Below, piece after piece: positions 8,789 to 18,674 of a stretch of 64,000 bases of DNA. Positions within the stretch are counted from its first letter, which is position 1, and each line of letters begins with the position of its first letter. Under the pieces are notes generated by a model, which saw only the letters and a program-made list of their open reading frames with translations, was not told the origin of the DNA and did no database searches. This DNA comes from Dehalococcoidia bacterium (GTDB lineage Bacteria > Chloroflexota > Dehalococcoidia > Bin125). A program made the position numbers and the translations under genes. The DNA lies in the NCBI GenBank assembly GCA_963663235.2, contig CAXXNO010000006.1, positions 256,001-320,000 on the forward strand, read 5' to 3'.

Positions 8789-10681
8789 AGCGCGGTCCTC
8801 CAGGACCACCGCCGCCGGCGCCAGCTCGCGGCAGAGGCCGCACTGAATGCAGCGGTCGTCGTCGATGCGCAGCCCCTCGGGGGCCTCCACGAAAGCGGCG
8901 GTGGGGCAGAGCGCGGCCGCCTCGCCCAGGGCGGGATCGGCCGGCGCGCTCACGCGGTGGCGGATCAGCGCCCGGCAAACCTTGGCGGGGCAGCGCCGCT
9001 CCACGATGTGGGCCTCGATCTCGTCGCCGAAGAAGCGCAGCACGCTGCGGATGGCGTAGGGCGTGAACTGGCCGTGCAGGCAGTTGGAGTTCTGCAGGGT
9101 GCGGTCCAGGGCGGCGATGCGCTCCAGGTCGTCGTGCCGCCCGAGGCCGGCGGCGATGCGGGCCAAGATCTCCACCAGCCGCTGGCCGCCACCGAAGCAG
9201 GTGGTGCAGCGGCCGCAGGACTCGTCCTCGCAGAACTCGCTGAAGTAGCGGGCCAGGTCCAGGACGCAGCTGCGCTCATCGAAGAGGATCAGGCCGCCCG
9301 AGCCCAGCAGGAGCGAGCGCTCGGTGAAAGGCGCCCGCTCCAGGGGCAGGTCGAGGTCGGCCGCGGCCAGCACGCCGCCCAGGGGGCCGCCGGGCTGCAG
9401 GCCCTTGGCCGTGTGGCCCGGCGGGGGACCGCCCGCGGCCTCCAGCATCAGCGTGGAGAGGGGGAGGCCGAAGGGCACTTCCAGCACGCCCGGCCGGCGC
9501 AGGTGGCCGCTGAGGCTGAAGATCTTGGTGCCGGCGTCGGCCTCCACGCCCTCGCCGCGGTACCAGTCGGCGCCGTGGCGCAGCACCAGGGGGGCGTTTG
9601 CGTAAGTCTCCACGTTGTTGACGTTGCTGGGGCGGGCGAAGACGCCGCGCTCGGCGGGGAAGGGCGGGCGGATCTTGGGCATGCCCCGCAGCCCCTCGAC
9701 CGAGGCGATGAGGCCGGTCTCCTCGCCGCAGAGGTACGAGCCGGCGCCGCGCACCACCTCCAGGTCGAAGGCCGTGCCCGAGCCCAGCACGTCGGGCCCC
9801 AGCAGGCCGCGGTCGCGCGCCTGCGCCAGGGCGCGCTCAACGCGGGCGATGCTTAAGGGGTATTCGTCGCGGATGTAGATGAAGCCGTGGCCAGCGCCCG
9901 TGGCGCGGCCGGCGATGATCATCCCCTCGATCATGGCGTGGGGGTCGGACTCCATCTGCACGCGGTTGACGAAGGCGCCGGGGTCGCCCTCGTCGGCGTT
10001 GCAGACGAGGTACTTGAGCGGCCCCGGGGCGCCGAGCAGGAACTTCCACTTGCGGCCGGCGGGGAAGCCGCCGCCGCCGCGACCGCCCAAGCCAGACTGC
10101 TCCACCAAGTCGCAGATGGCCATGGGCTCCAGCGCCAGGGCACGGGCCAGCCCCGCGTAGGCGTCCACGGCGAGGGCGTCGTCGATCGATTCGGGGTCGA
10201 TCACCCCCATCCACTGCATCAGCCGCCGCACCTGAGGGAGCCAGAACGGGTGTTGGGCCAGCGGCGGGATGCCGTCCTGGGCCTGGGGCCCGCGCACGCC
10301 CAGGGCCCAGTCCGGGCGGGGGTCGCCGTCCTGCAGCACCGCGGCGACAAACTCGGGCAGCGAGGCCGGGGACACGGGGCCGTAGAGCACCGGGGCCTTG
10401 CCGGGCGCCTGCACATCGATAGTGGGCAGGGCGAAGGAGGCGCCGAAGGCGCCGGTGGTGATCAGCTCGGCGTCCAAGGCGCGGGCCTCGATCGCGAGGC
10501 GCAGGGCGGCCAGCAGATCGTCGGCGCCGGCCGCCACGGAGGAGGTGGTGAGGTCCAGGCGCAGCAGGGTGCGACCGGCCCCCTCCCGCCGCTCCCAGCG
10601 GACGCGGGCGGCGTCGCGCAGGGCCTGCCAGCGCGCTTCCGCGTTGGTCAACGTCGGCTGGGTTAATGTCGGCTGGGTCAT
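8704..10681 (-). CDS. nuoF: NuoF/HydB/HoxF-like NADH-binding FMN Fe-S subunit; probable stop at 8704 is out of frame by 1 nt in this sequence
   Basis: SGLGGRGGGGFPAGRKW, CNADEGDPGAF, GAGSYLCGEETGL, NNVET, ESCGRCTTC, C-terminal CIQCGLC ferredoxin motif; ATG 10681 directly after the nuoE stop. Confidence 0.88.
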
Positions 10682-10682
10682 C

Positions 10683-11222
10683 TCAGGGCTGCGCCTCCGG
10701 CCCGGGCTCATCGCGGCGCCGGACGGCCGGCGCCGTCTCCAGCGCGCCCGCCGGCGGCGGGGGCGGCGCCTGGCCCTCGCGGACGCGAAGGGCCAGGCGG
10801 ACGGCCTCGGTCAAGCTCAGCGGGCCGACCACGCGGCCGTCGAGCCAAACTTGAGGAGCGCGCTCGCAGGTGCCGTTGCACTGTCCCAGCCAGAGGCCGT
10901 AGCGGTCGTCGGGCCCGTTCTGGCCCAGGCGGCACCCGAGCACGGCCTCCAGCGCCTCCTTGATCCGCTCGCCGCCCACGATGCGGCAGCTGGGGCCGCT
11001 GCACCAGGTGATGAGCGTGCGCGGGGGCGGGGTCAAGCGGAACTCCGTGTAGAAGGTGGCAGGGCCGTAGACCTGGGCCTCGGTCAGGCGCAGATGCGCG
11101 GCGACCAGGCGCATGGCCGGGCGGGGGATCCAGCCCAACTCCTCCTGCACCAGATGCAGAGCGGGCAGCAGCTGCGCCCGCTCCCGCGGCAACTGGGCCA
11201 GCCGGCCCGCCACACGCTCCAT
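10683..11222 (-). CDS. nuoE: NuoE/HydC-like [2Fe-2S] subunit
   Basis: LLPALHLVQEELGWIP, ATFYTEF, CSGPSC and CNGTC ligands; GGAGG 8 nt before ATG 11222 (called start 11288 overlaps a -10-like TAGGAT). Confidence 0.9.
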   Translation of the reverse strand: MERVAGRLAQLPRERAQLLPALHLVQEELGWIPRPAMRLVAAHLRLTEAQVYGPATFYTEFRLTPPPRTLITWCSGPSCRIVGGERIKEALEAVLGCRLGQNGPDDRYGLWLGQCNGTCERAPQVWLDGRVVGPLSLTEAVRLALRVREGQAPPPPPAGALETAPAVRRRDEPGPEAQP

Positions 11223-11320
11223 GCGCCCCGCCTCCGGGCGGCGGCCTGGAGCCCGCCGCGGATCGCGTTGATTGTCGCGCAGGCCCATCCTAGCGAGGGG
11301 GCGTGGCGAGGAACAGGCGG

Positions 11321-12334
11321 CTAGCCGTTGCCCTCCAGCAGGAGCGCGTCGACGAAGGCCTTGGGGTCGAAGGGGGCCAGGTCGGCGGGCCTCTCGCCCG
11401 TGCCCACGAAGCGCACGGGGATGCCCAGCTCGGCGGCGATGGCGAAGACCACGCCGCCCTTGCTGGTGCCATCCAGCTTGGCCAAGCAGATGGCGGTGAC
11501 GTCCGCCGCCTCGGCGAAGAGCCGCGCCTGGCTGAGGCCGTTGCGGCCGGTGCCGGCGTCCATGACCAGCAGCACCTCATGCGGCGCCCCCTCCACGCGC
11601 CCGGCCAGCACCCGGCGGATCTTGGACAGTTCCGCCATGAGGTTCTTCTTTGTCTGCAAGCGGCCGGCGGTGTCGACGATCACCAGGTCGGCGCCGCGGG
11701 CGCGGGCGGCCTCCAGCGCGTCGTAGGCCACCGCGCCGGGATCGGCCCCGGGCTGGTGGGCGATCACCGGCGCTCCCACGCTCTCACCCCAGTGTTGCAG
11801 CTGATCGATGGCCGCCGCGCGGAACGTATCGGCGGCCGCCAGGATCACGCTGCGCCCTTCCCGGCCGTAGGCGCGGGCGAGCTTGGCGATGGTGGTAGTC
11901 TTGCCCGACCCGTTGACCCCCACCACCAGCACCACCTGCGGGGGCGGGGGTTGCTCCGCGCCTCCGTTCCAGAGGCGCCCGCCGGCGGCGCGCTCCCCGG
12001 GGCCGCTGAGCAAAGCCAGCAATTCATCGCGCAGCAGCTCGCGGAGGGCGTCCGGGCGGGCGTCGCGTTTCTCCTCGGCGCGGCGGCGCACGCGCTCCAG
12101 CAGAGCCACGGCGGTGGTCGCGCCGACGTCGGCGGCGATCAGCCCCTCCTCCAAGTCCTCCCAGGCCTGCTCGGGGACGGCGTCGCCGCGGGCCAACAGG
12201 CCGCCCAGCCGGCCCAAGAGCGAGCGGCGGGTGGGGGCGGTGGCGTCCGCCATCACGGCGGCCAGTTCGGCCTCGGCGGCGGCGTGGGCGGTATCGACCG
12301 CGCCGCCGCGTTGGAATCGAAACAGCTTGACCAT
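11321..12334 (-). CDS. ftsY: SRP receptor FtsY
   Basis: GVNGSGKTTTIAKLA, DTFRAAA, DTAGR, KLDGTSKGG. Confidence 0.97.
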   Translation of the reverse strand: MVKLFRFQRGGAVDTAHAAAEAELAAVMADATAPTRRSLLGRLGGLLARGDAVPEQAWEDLEEGLIAADVGATTAVALLERVRRRAEEKRDARPDALRELLRDELLALLSGPGERAAGGRLWNGGAEQPPPPQVVLVVGVNGSGKTTTIAKLARAYGREGRSVILAAADTFRAAAIDQLQHWGESVGAPVIAHQPGADPGAVAYDALEAARARGADLVIVDTAGRLQTKKNLMAELSKIRRVLAGRVEGAPHEVLLVMDAGTGRNGLSQARLFAEAADVTAICLAKLDGTSKGGVVFAIAAELGIPVRFVGTGERPADLAPFDPKAFVDALLLEGNG

Positions 12335-12369
12335 GGCGGGCGGCGCTCCGGTTGTTGGGTTCGAGGGGC

Positions 12370-15300
12370 TCAGTCCGGCAGGTTCAGCTCGGCGAGGCGC
12401 ACGGAGAGGACGCGGCTGGCCGAGTCTTCGCCCATGGTGATGCCGTAGATGGTGTCGGCCTGCTCGATGGTGCGGCGGTTGTGGGTGATGACGACGAACT
12501 GGGTGCGCGGCGCCAGTTGCTTGAGCGCGTCCACGAAGCGGCCCACATTGGCCTCATCCAGCGCGGCGTCCACTTCGTCCAGGACGCAGAACGGCGCCGG
12601 GTTCACGTCCAGCATGGCGAAGAGGAGGGCGATGGCGGTGAGCGAACGCTCGCCGCCGGAGAGCATGGCCATGGTCTTCAAGCGCTTGCCCGGGGGTTGC
12701 GCCTCGATCTCGATGCCGCCGCCGTCCCAGTCGTCGTCCACCAGGATGAGCTTGGCCTTGCCGCCGCGGAACATGGTCTGGAAGTAGCGGCGGAACTGCG
12801 CGTCCACGGCGGTGAAGGACTCGCGGAAGGATCCGCGGATCAGGTCGCTCAGCTCGGTCTCGGCGTCGCGCATGCGTTGCTCGGCGCCCTCCAGGTCCGC
12901 GACCTGGCCGGTGAGGTAGTCATAGCGATCGCGCAGCTCGGCGAACTCCGCCGCCGCGTCCGGATTGACGTTGCCCAGCCGCCGCAGGCTGGTGCGGAGC
13001 TCGTCCACGCGCGCGCGCAGATCCTGGTCCGACAGGAGCGGCGTCTGCTCCTCTTCCTTCTCCTCCCCGGCGGCGCCGCCGTTGGAGCCGAGGCGCAACT
13101 CGGCAACGGCCGCGGCGGCGCCCGCGGGGGCGGGCGCCGGGGGCGGCGCTTGGCCAGCGGCGGGAGGCGCGAAGGCCACGGCGGCGGCGGCGTTAGCGTC
13201 AGCGTCGAGGGCCGTGATGGCGCCGCGGTCATCGGCGTCGAAGCCGTCGGCGCGCATCGCCTCGCGCAGGCGGTTGCGGACCGCCTCCCCTTCCTGGAAG
13301 GCGGCCTCGGCGCTGAGGAGGGCGCGATCCGTCGCCAGGAGGGTGCGTTGGGCCGCCTGCAGATCCTGCCGGCGGGTGGCCTCGAGATCCGTGACGCGGG
13401 CCAGGGCCTCGGACTCGGGCGTGCGGTCCGCGACGGCGGTGTCGCGCGCCGCGCGCAGCTGCTCAAGATCGCGCTGGCGCTGCTCCAGGGTGGCGGTGAT
13501 CTGGGAGAGTTCCGCCTCCACCTCCGCCAGCCGCTCCGAGCGATCCCGGCGTTGTTCCCGGACACGGGACTGAGCCGCGTCCCGAGCGCGCACCGCGGCC
13601 CGAAGCGTCTCCAGCCGGCCCGCCTGGACGGCGTGCCGCGCTTCCGCCTCGCCGACGAGCTGGGCCTGTGCGCGGCGGCGGCGGTCGGCCTCCTCCAAGT
13701 GCGAGACAGCCGGGCGCCCGGCCTCCAGCGCGGCGACCTCGGCCGCGCGGTTCTCGGATTCGGCGCGGAGGGCGGCCTCCTCCAGGCGCAAGGCCTCGCG
13801 CCGCTCCTGCGCGCGTTCCCCCTCGGCCTGGCTCGCCTCCAGATCGCCGCGCAGGCGCGCCGTGTCGGCGCGCACCACGGCGGCCTCATCGAGCGCCTGG
13901 GCGCGCGCATCGATGGCGGCTTCGACGTCGCGTTCGGCATCGGCCAGGTGGTGTTCGAGTTGCTCCAGTTCGGCCCGGTGCACATCGATCTCGCCGGCGT
14001 CCTTTAGGGAACGCTCGAGTTCGGTGATCTCCGCGGGCAGCGATTGCAACTCACTCTCGCGGGTGAAGGAGCCGGTCTCGCCCACCTCGCCGCCGATAAT
14101 GGCACCGATGGGACGCAGCAGTTGCCCGTCGCGCGTGACCACGCTGCCGAACCCGCGCGTGAGGATCTTGCGGGCCGTCTCGATGTCTTCCGTCACGATC
14201 GTGCGGCCGAGGATCGTATCGATCAGGGGGCGGAAGCGCTCATTGCACTGCACCAACGAAGCCGCCGTGCCGAGGACGCCGGGCTCCGGCTGCAAGGCGG
14301 GCGGGCTGCGGCGTCCGAGCGACTCCAGCGGGAGCGTGACGATGCGACCGGCGCGCTCCCGGAGCAGCGCCTGGATCACTTGCAGGGCGTCGTCGGTTTT
14401 TTCGAAGACCACGGCATCGACGTAGTCCTCCAGCGCCGCCTCGATGGCCCGCTCCAGGCCGCGGGGCGCGCGCAGCAGGTGGCGCACCACGCCGAGCACC
14501 CCGGGGATGCCCGTCGGCTCGTCGCCGCGGGGCACGCCGCGCGCCCCGAAGAGCGCGCGGAGCCCCTGCTTCATCCCCTCGGCCTCCGCTTGGAGCTCAC
14601 GCAAGAGTTGCAGGCGGTCCCGGGCGCGGGCCAGGCGCCGCTCGCGATCGGAGCGGGAGGCCTCCAGGTTGCGCAAGAAGGCGGCTGCGCCGTAGGAGCG
14701 CTGCGCCAGGTCCTCGCGGGTGCGGCGCGCCTCGGCGGCGGCGGCGGCGGCGGCCTTGGTGGACTCGTCGGCCCGGGCGACGCCGTCGTCGGCTTGAGCG
14801 CGCGCATCTTCCAGCAAGCGGCGCCGTTGCTCCCACACAGAGGCCTGGGCCTCGATCTGTTCGATCTCGGTGGCAATGCGGGCCAGTCGCGTATCATTTT
14901 CGCGGCCGGCGGCGTCCAAGCGGCTGAGCCGCTCCTGCGCCGCCGCCGAACGGCCGCGCAGCGTCTCCTGCTCGGCTTCGATGGCCGCGAGCCGCCGACG
15001 GGCCGCGTCCAGAGCCGCCTCGGTCTCCGTGACCGCCTCGCCCACGGCGGGGTCGGGGGGCGCGGCGGGTGGCTCATCCAGCGTGCGATCGTCGTCGCGA
15101 TCCAGCGCGGCCAAGTCCCGCCGCAACTCGGCGGCGCGATCGGTGAGCAGCCGCTGTCGCTCCTGGAGAACCGCGCGCTCTTGCTCCAAGCGACGGAGGT
15201 CATCGACGCGGCGCCGTTCCTCCGTCTCGGCCCGGTCTGCGGTGAGGCGGGCATCGCGCAGCTGGCGCTCGCAATCGCTGAGGGCGGTTTCGGCGTCGAC

Positions 15301-16086
15301 CTCCGTGCCGGCGGCGGCCTGCTGTTCGCTGCGCCGTTGGTCGTGGGTGGCGCGCAGGAGCGCTAGTTGGTCGCCGAGGCGACGCCACTCGCGGCCGTAC
15401 CAGTCGCTCAGTGCGCGCTGGAACTCGGCCTGGCCCTCCGCGTACTTGAGGGCGCGCTTGGCTTGCCGCTCCAGCGTGCGGACGCGGGGTGCGATCTCGT
15501 CGGCGACCAGGCGCACGCGGGCGAGATTTTCGTGCGTCTCTTCGCGCTTCTTGCGAGCCTCGTCCATCTTGAGGCGGTAGCGGCGCACATTCGCCACCTC
15601 TTCGATGAGAGCGCGGCGCTCCTCCGGGCGGAGGCGCAGGACTTCCTCCACCAACCCCTGGCCCATGACGGCGTAGGAGCCGGGGCCGAGGCCGCTGCGG
15701 AGGAAAAGATCTTGGAGGTCGCGCAGGCGCACCTTGTTGTCGTTGATCCAGAACTCGGAATCGCCGTCGCGGTGGACGCGCCGGGCGACGGTCACCTCCG
15801 TGAAGTCGAGCGGCAGCCAGCCGTCTTCATTGTTCAGCGTGATACGAACCTCCGCCATCCCGGCGGGCGGCCGCTGCTCGGAGCCCGCAAAGATGACGTC
15901 TTCCAAGCGGCGGGTGCGAAGCGCCTTGCCGGCGCCTTCGCCCAGGACCCAGCGGAGGGCATCGGTGATGTTGGACTTACCAGAGCCGTTGGGCCCGACG
16001 ACGGCGGTGATGCCGGCGTCGACATCGATCACCGTGCGAGCAGCGAAGGACTTGTAGCCGTGGATCTCCAGGCGCTTGAGGTGCAT
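12370..16086 (-). CDS. smc: Chromosome segregation protein SMC
   Basis: Walker A GPNGSGKSN, long coiled coils, hinge, LSGGE signature, LDEVDAALD; classic rnc-smc-ftsY order. Confidence 0.97.
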   Translation of the reverse strand: MHLKRLEIHGYKSFAARTVIDVDAGITAVVGPNGSGKSNITDALRWVLGEGAGKALRTRRLEDVIFAGSEQRPPAGMAEVRITLNNEDGWLPLDFTEVTVARRVHRDGDSEFWINDNKVRLRDLQDLFLRSGLGPGSYAVMGQGLVEEVLRLRPEERRALIEEVANVRRYRLKMDEARKKREETHENLARVRLVADEIAPRVRTLERQAKRALKYAEGQAEFQRALSDWYGREWRRLGDQLALLRATHDQRRSEQQAAAGTEVDAETALSDCERQLRDARLTADRAETEERRRVDDLRRLEQERAVLQERQRLLTDRAAELRRDLAALDRDDDRTLDEPPAAPPDPAVGEAVTETEAALDAARRRLAAIEAEQETLRGRSAAAQERLSRLDAAGRENDTRLARIATEIEQIEAQASVWEQRRRLLEDARAQADDGVARADESTKAAAAAAAEARRTREDLAQRSYGAAAFLRNLEASRSDRERRLARARDRLQLLRELQAEAEGMKQGLRALFGARGVPRGDEPTGIPGVLGVVRHLLRAPRGLERAIEAALEDYVDAVVFEKTDDALQVIQALLRERAGRIVTLPLESLGRRSPPALQPEPGVLGTAASLVQCNERFRPLIDTILGRTIVTEDIETARKILTRGFGSVVTRDGQLLRPIGAIIGGEVGETGSFTRESELQSLPAEITELERSLKDAGEIDVHRAELEQLEHHLADAERDVEAAIDARAQALDEAAVVRADTARLRGDLEASQAEGERAQERREALRLEEAALRAESENRAAEVAALEAGRPAVSHLEEADRRRRAQAQLVGEAEARHAVQAGRLETLRAAVRARDAAQSRVREQRRDRSERLAEVEAELSQITATLEQRQRDLEQLRAARDTAVADRTPESEALARVTDLEATRRQDLQAAQRTLLATDRALLSAEAAFQEGEAVRNRLREAMRADGFDADDRGAITALDADANAAAAVAFAPPAAGQAPPPAPAPAGAAAAVAELRLGSNGGAAGEEKEEEQTPLLSDQDLRARVDELRTSLRRLGNVNPDAAAEFAELRDRYDYLTGQVADLEGAEQRMRDAETELSDLIRGSFRESFTAVDAQFRRYFQTMFRGGKAKLILVDDDWDGGGIEIEAQPPGKRLKTMAMLSGGERSLTAIALLFAMLDVNPAPFCVLDEVDAALDEANVGRFVDALKQLAPRTQFVVITHNRRTIEQADTIYGITMGEDSASRVLSVRLAELNLPD

Positions 16087-16826
16087 CAGGGACGCACAGC
16101 CTCCGGGAGGCGGCGGAGCGCCGCCTCGGCGGCGTTCTTCTCGGCCGCCTGCTTGCTCTTGCCCTCACCGGCGCCGAGGATCCGACCTTCCAGGCGGACC
16201 TGCACGCGAAACTCGCGCTGGTGAGGCGGTCCCCGCTCCTCGATGGTGTGATAGGTCGGGGTTGCGCGCCACTGTCCTTGGCAGGCCTCCTGGAGGAGGC
16301 TCTTGGGGTCGCGCTCCAGGCCGGCCACGGAGATGGTGGTCAGCTCCGCAGCGAGCGCTTGGAGGATGAGCCGTTGGGCCGTGCGCAAGCCGCCGTCGAG
16401 GTAGAGCGCGCCGATCACGGCTTCGAACGTGCGTCCCAGGATGGTCGGCCGGCTGCGGCCGCTCTGCGTCTCGACGCCCTTGCCGAGCACGAGACAGCGT
16501 CCGAGATCGTAGTCCTCGGCCAGAATCGCCAGCATCTCGTTGCGCACGAGACGCGAGCGCGCCTCTGTCAGCCAGCCCTCGGCGGCGGCAGGATAGTCAT
16601 CGTAGAGTCGACGGGAGATGACCAACTCGAGCACGGCGTCGCCGATGAACTCGAGGCGTTCGTTGGACTCGATCAACTCCGTGGGATTCTCGCTGAGGTA
16701 GGAGCGGTGGATCAGAGCCTGATGGAGGAGGGCGGGCCGCTTGAAGCGGTGGCCGAGACGACGCTGGAGCGCAGCGGCCGACCGGCCAGCGCGGGCGCGG
16801 CCCGCGACCGCAGTCGAGGGCGTCAT
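16086..16826 (-). CDS. rnc: Ribonuclease III
   Basis: [24 protein letters not shown]-terminal dsRBD ([20 protein letters not shown]). Confidence 0.97.
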   Translation of the reverse strand: MTPSTAVAGRARAGRSAAALQRRLGHRFKRPALLHQALIHRSYLSENPTELIESNERLEFIGDAVLELVISRRLYDDYPAAAEGWLTEARSRLVRNEMLAILAEDYDLGRCLVLGKGVETQSGRSRPTILGRTFEAVIGALYLDGGLRTAQRLILQALAAELTTISVAGLERDPKSLLQEACQGQWRATPTYHTIEERGPPHQREFRVQVRLEGRILGAGEGKSKQAAEKNAAEAALRRLPEAVRP

Positions 16827-16968
16827 GACATCCGCCTCTCGGCGCGGGAGCGCGCTACAGAGAGCCGGGGCGCCGCAACCGCCAGACTACAACTCACCTG
16901 CCTAAGCACTTTCGCAGTTTAGCCCTTATCATCGCGCGACCGCCAGCCGTGTTATGAGGATAGACGAT

Positions 16969-18315
16969 ATGGAACAGGTTCCCTCCGCGGAGCAGCTCTT
17001 GAGCCGGCTGCGGCGGCGCCTCAGCCCGCCGGCTCGGCGTCTCCTTGCGTTATGTCGCGAAAGCGCCAGCGCCCGGGGCGAGGCGCTCTACCTGGTGGGG
17101 GGAGCGCTCCGCGATCTCCTGCGAGCCGGCGGAGCCGCGGACGAGGCGCCGGAGCTGGACCTGGCGCTGGAGGGCGACGCGGCGGCGCTGGCCCGCGCCG
17201 TGGCCGCCGCCAGCGGCGCCACGCTCTTGCTTCACGATAGCTTCATGACAGCGCGAATCACTTTGGGTGAGGCAACGATCGACATCGCCGCCACGCGCAG
17301 CGAGCGCTACCCGCAGCCAGCCGCCCTGCCGGTGGTGCGTCCAGCGCCGATCGAGCACGACCTGACCCGACGGGACTTCAGCGTCAACGCGCTGGCCCTG
17401 AGGCTCACGGGCGAGCAGCCGGCGGAGATCATCGACCCGTGTGGCGGACTGCGCGACCTCAAGGCGGGCCGCATCCGCATCCTGCACGACGCCTCCTTCC
17501 AGGACGATCCCACGCGCATGCTGCGCGCCTGCCGCTATGGCGCGCGCCTCCAGGCGGGGCTCAGCCGAACCACAGCGCAGGCGCTGCGACGCGACGCCGC
17601 CACGGTCCGCCGTCTCAGCTCGGAGCGCTTGGGGACGGAATGGCGACGGCTCCTGGAGGACCGCGCGGCACCCGGAGCGCTGGAGCGGGCGGCCGCGCTC
17701 GGTCTCCCGGCGGCGGCCATCCGCGGCTGGCGGCCGCCGCCGCGGCTGCGACGGGCGTTCAGCGGCCTGGGGGCGAGGCGAAGGCCGGAGCAGTTCTGGG
17801 CGCTGAGCGGCTTGATCGAGGGGGAGAGCGCGGTGGCGGCGGCCTTCACCCATCGTTGCGCGCTGCGACGGGAGGAGCAGGAGGCGCTGGCGGATGGGCA
17901 AAGGCTGCGGCGCCTGCAGCAATGGCTGGGCCGTCCTGGCCTGCGGCCCAGCGCGGCCGCGTCCGCGCTGCGTCCGATGGCGGAGCCGGCGCTCGTGGCC
18001 GCCGCCGCCCTGTGGCGGGGTCGCGCCGCGCAGAGCGTGGAACGGTTCCGCGGCGAGTGGCGGCCGGTCGAGTCGCCGCTGGCGGCGGAGGCGCTGCTGG
18101 AGCTGGGCGTGCCGCACGGACCGGAGATCGGGGCCTGGCTGACGGCGCTGCGCGACGCCCGCCTGGACGGGGCGTTGGCGCCGGGTCGGGCCGGTACCGC
18201 CGCAGCCAAGCGCTGGGTAGAATCGAGTCCGACCGGCGATCGGGCCAGACGTCCCGGGATCGCCACCCGTCCACCGCTCCGGCGCGCGACGCGAAAGGGG
18301 AGCCGTACCCGGTGA
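16969..18315 (+). CDS. Class II tRNA nucleotidyltransferase (CCA- or A-adding type, no CBS domains)
   Basis: LVGGALRDLL, DLTRRDFSVNAL, SFQDDPTRMLRACRY; alternative start 16954. Confidence 0.85.
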   Translation: MEQVPSAEQLLSRLRRRLSPPARRLLALCRESASARGEALYLVGGALRDLLRAGGAADEAPELDLALEGDAAALARAVAAASGATLLLHDSFMTARITLGEATIDIAATRSERYPQPAALPVVRPAPIEHDLTRRDFSVNALALRLTGEQPAEIIDPCGGLRDLKAGRIRILHDASFQDDPTRMLRACRYGARLQAGLSRTTAQALRRDAATVRRLSSERLGTEWRRLLEDRAAPGALERAAALGLPAAAIRGWRPPPRLRRAFSGLGARRRPEQFWALSGLIEGESAVAAAFTHRCALRREEQEALADGQRLRRLQQWLGRPGLRPSAAASALRPMAEPALVAAAALWRGRAAQSVERFRGEWRPVESPLAAEALLELGVPHGPEIGAWLTALRDARLDGALAPGRAGTAAAKRWVESSPTGDRARRPGIATRPPLRRATRKGSRTR

Positions 18316-18659
18316 CGCTGCCCTCTTCCCGAAGCAGGCCGGAGTCGAGTGAGGGCGTCTGCACCGTCTGCGCGGAGCCCCTGGACGACAGCAACTCCGC
18401 CTACTGCTCGCGCTGCGGCCAGCGCTTCCACCTGCAACTCAGCAACGCCGGAACGACGCCGGAGAGCAAGGACTGCGGCGCGGTGTGGGTCAACGACGAG
18501 AGCATGGCGCTAGAGTTCGGCTGCCAGCGCTGTCTGGACGCACTGCAAGGCGAAGCGCCGCCGCCAGCCGCTCCCGAGGCGGGGTCCGCGCGCGAGTCAC
18601 CGCGCGCGAAGCGCCGCGGCGGGCGGGCGCGGGACATTGTGCGGCGCAAGCGGCGCTGA
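18312..18659 (+). CDS. Small Cys/His zinc-finger protein (115 aa), PHD/RING-like spacing
   Basis: GTGA overlap with the upstream stop; CTVC-x11-CSRC-x4-H-x14-C-x15-CQRC; basic tail. It is the C-terminal part of called ORF 17439..18659. Confidence 0.8.
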   Translation: MTLPSSRSRPESSEGVCTVCAEPLDDSNSAYCSRCGQRFHLQLSNAGTTPESKDCGAVWVNDESMALEFGCQRCLDALQGEAPPPAAPEAGSARESPRAKRRGGRARDIVRRKRR

Positions 18660-18674
18660 CGAGGGAGCGCGAGA

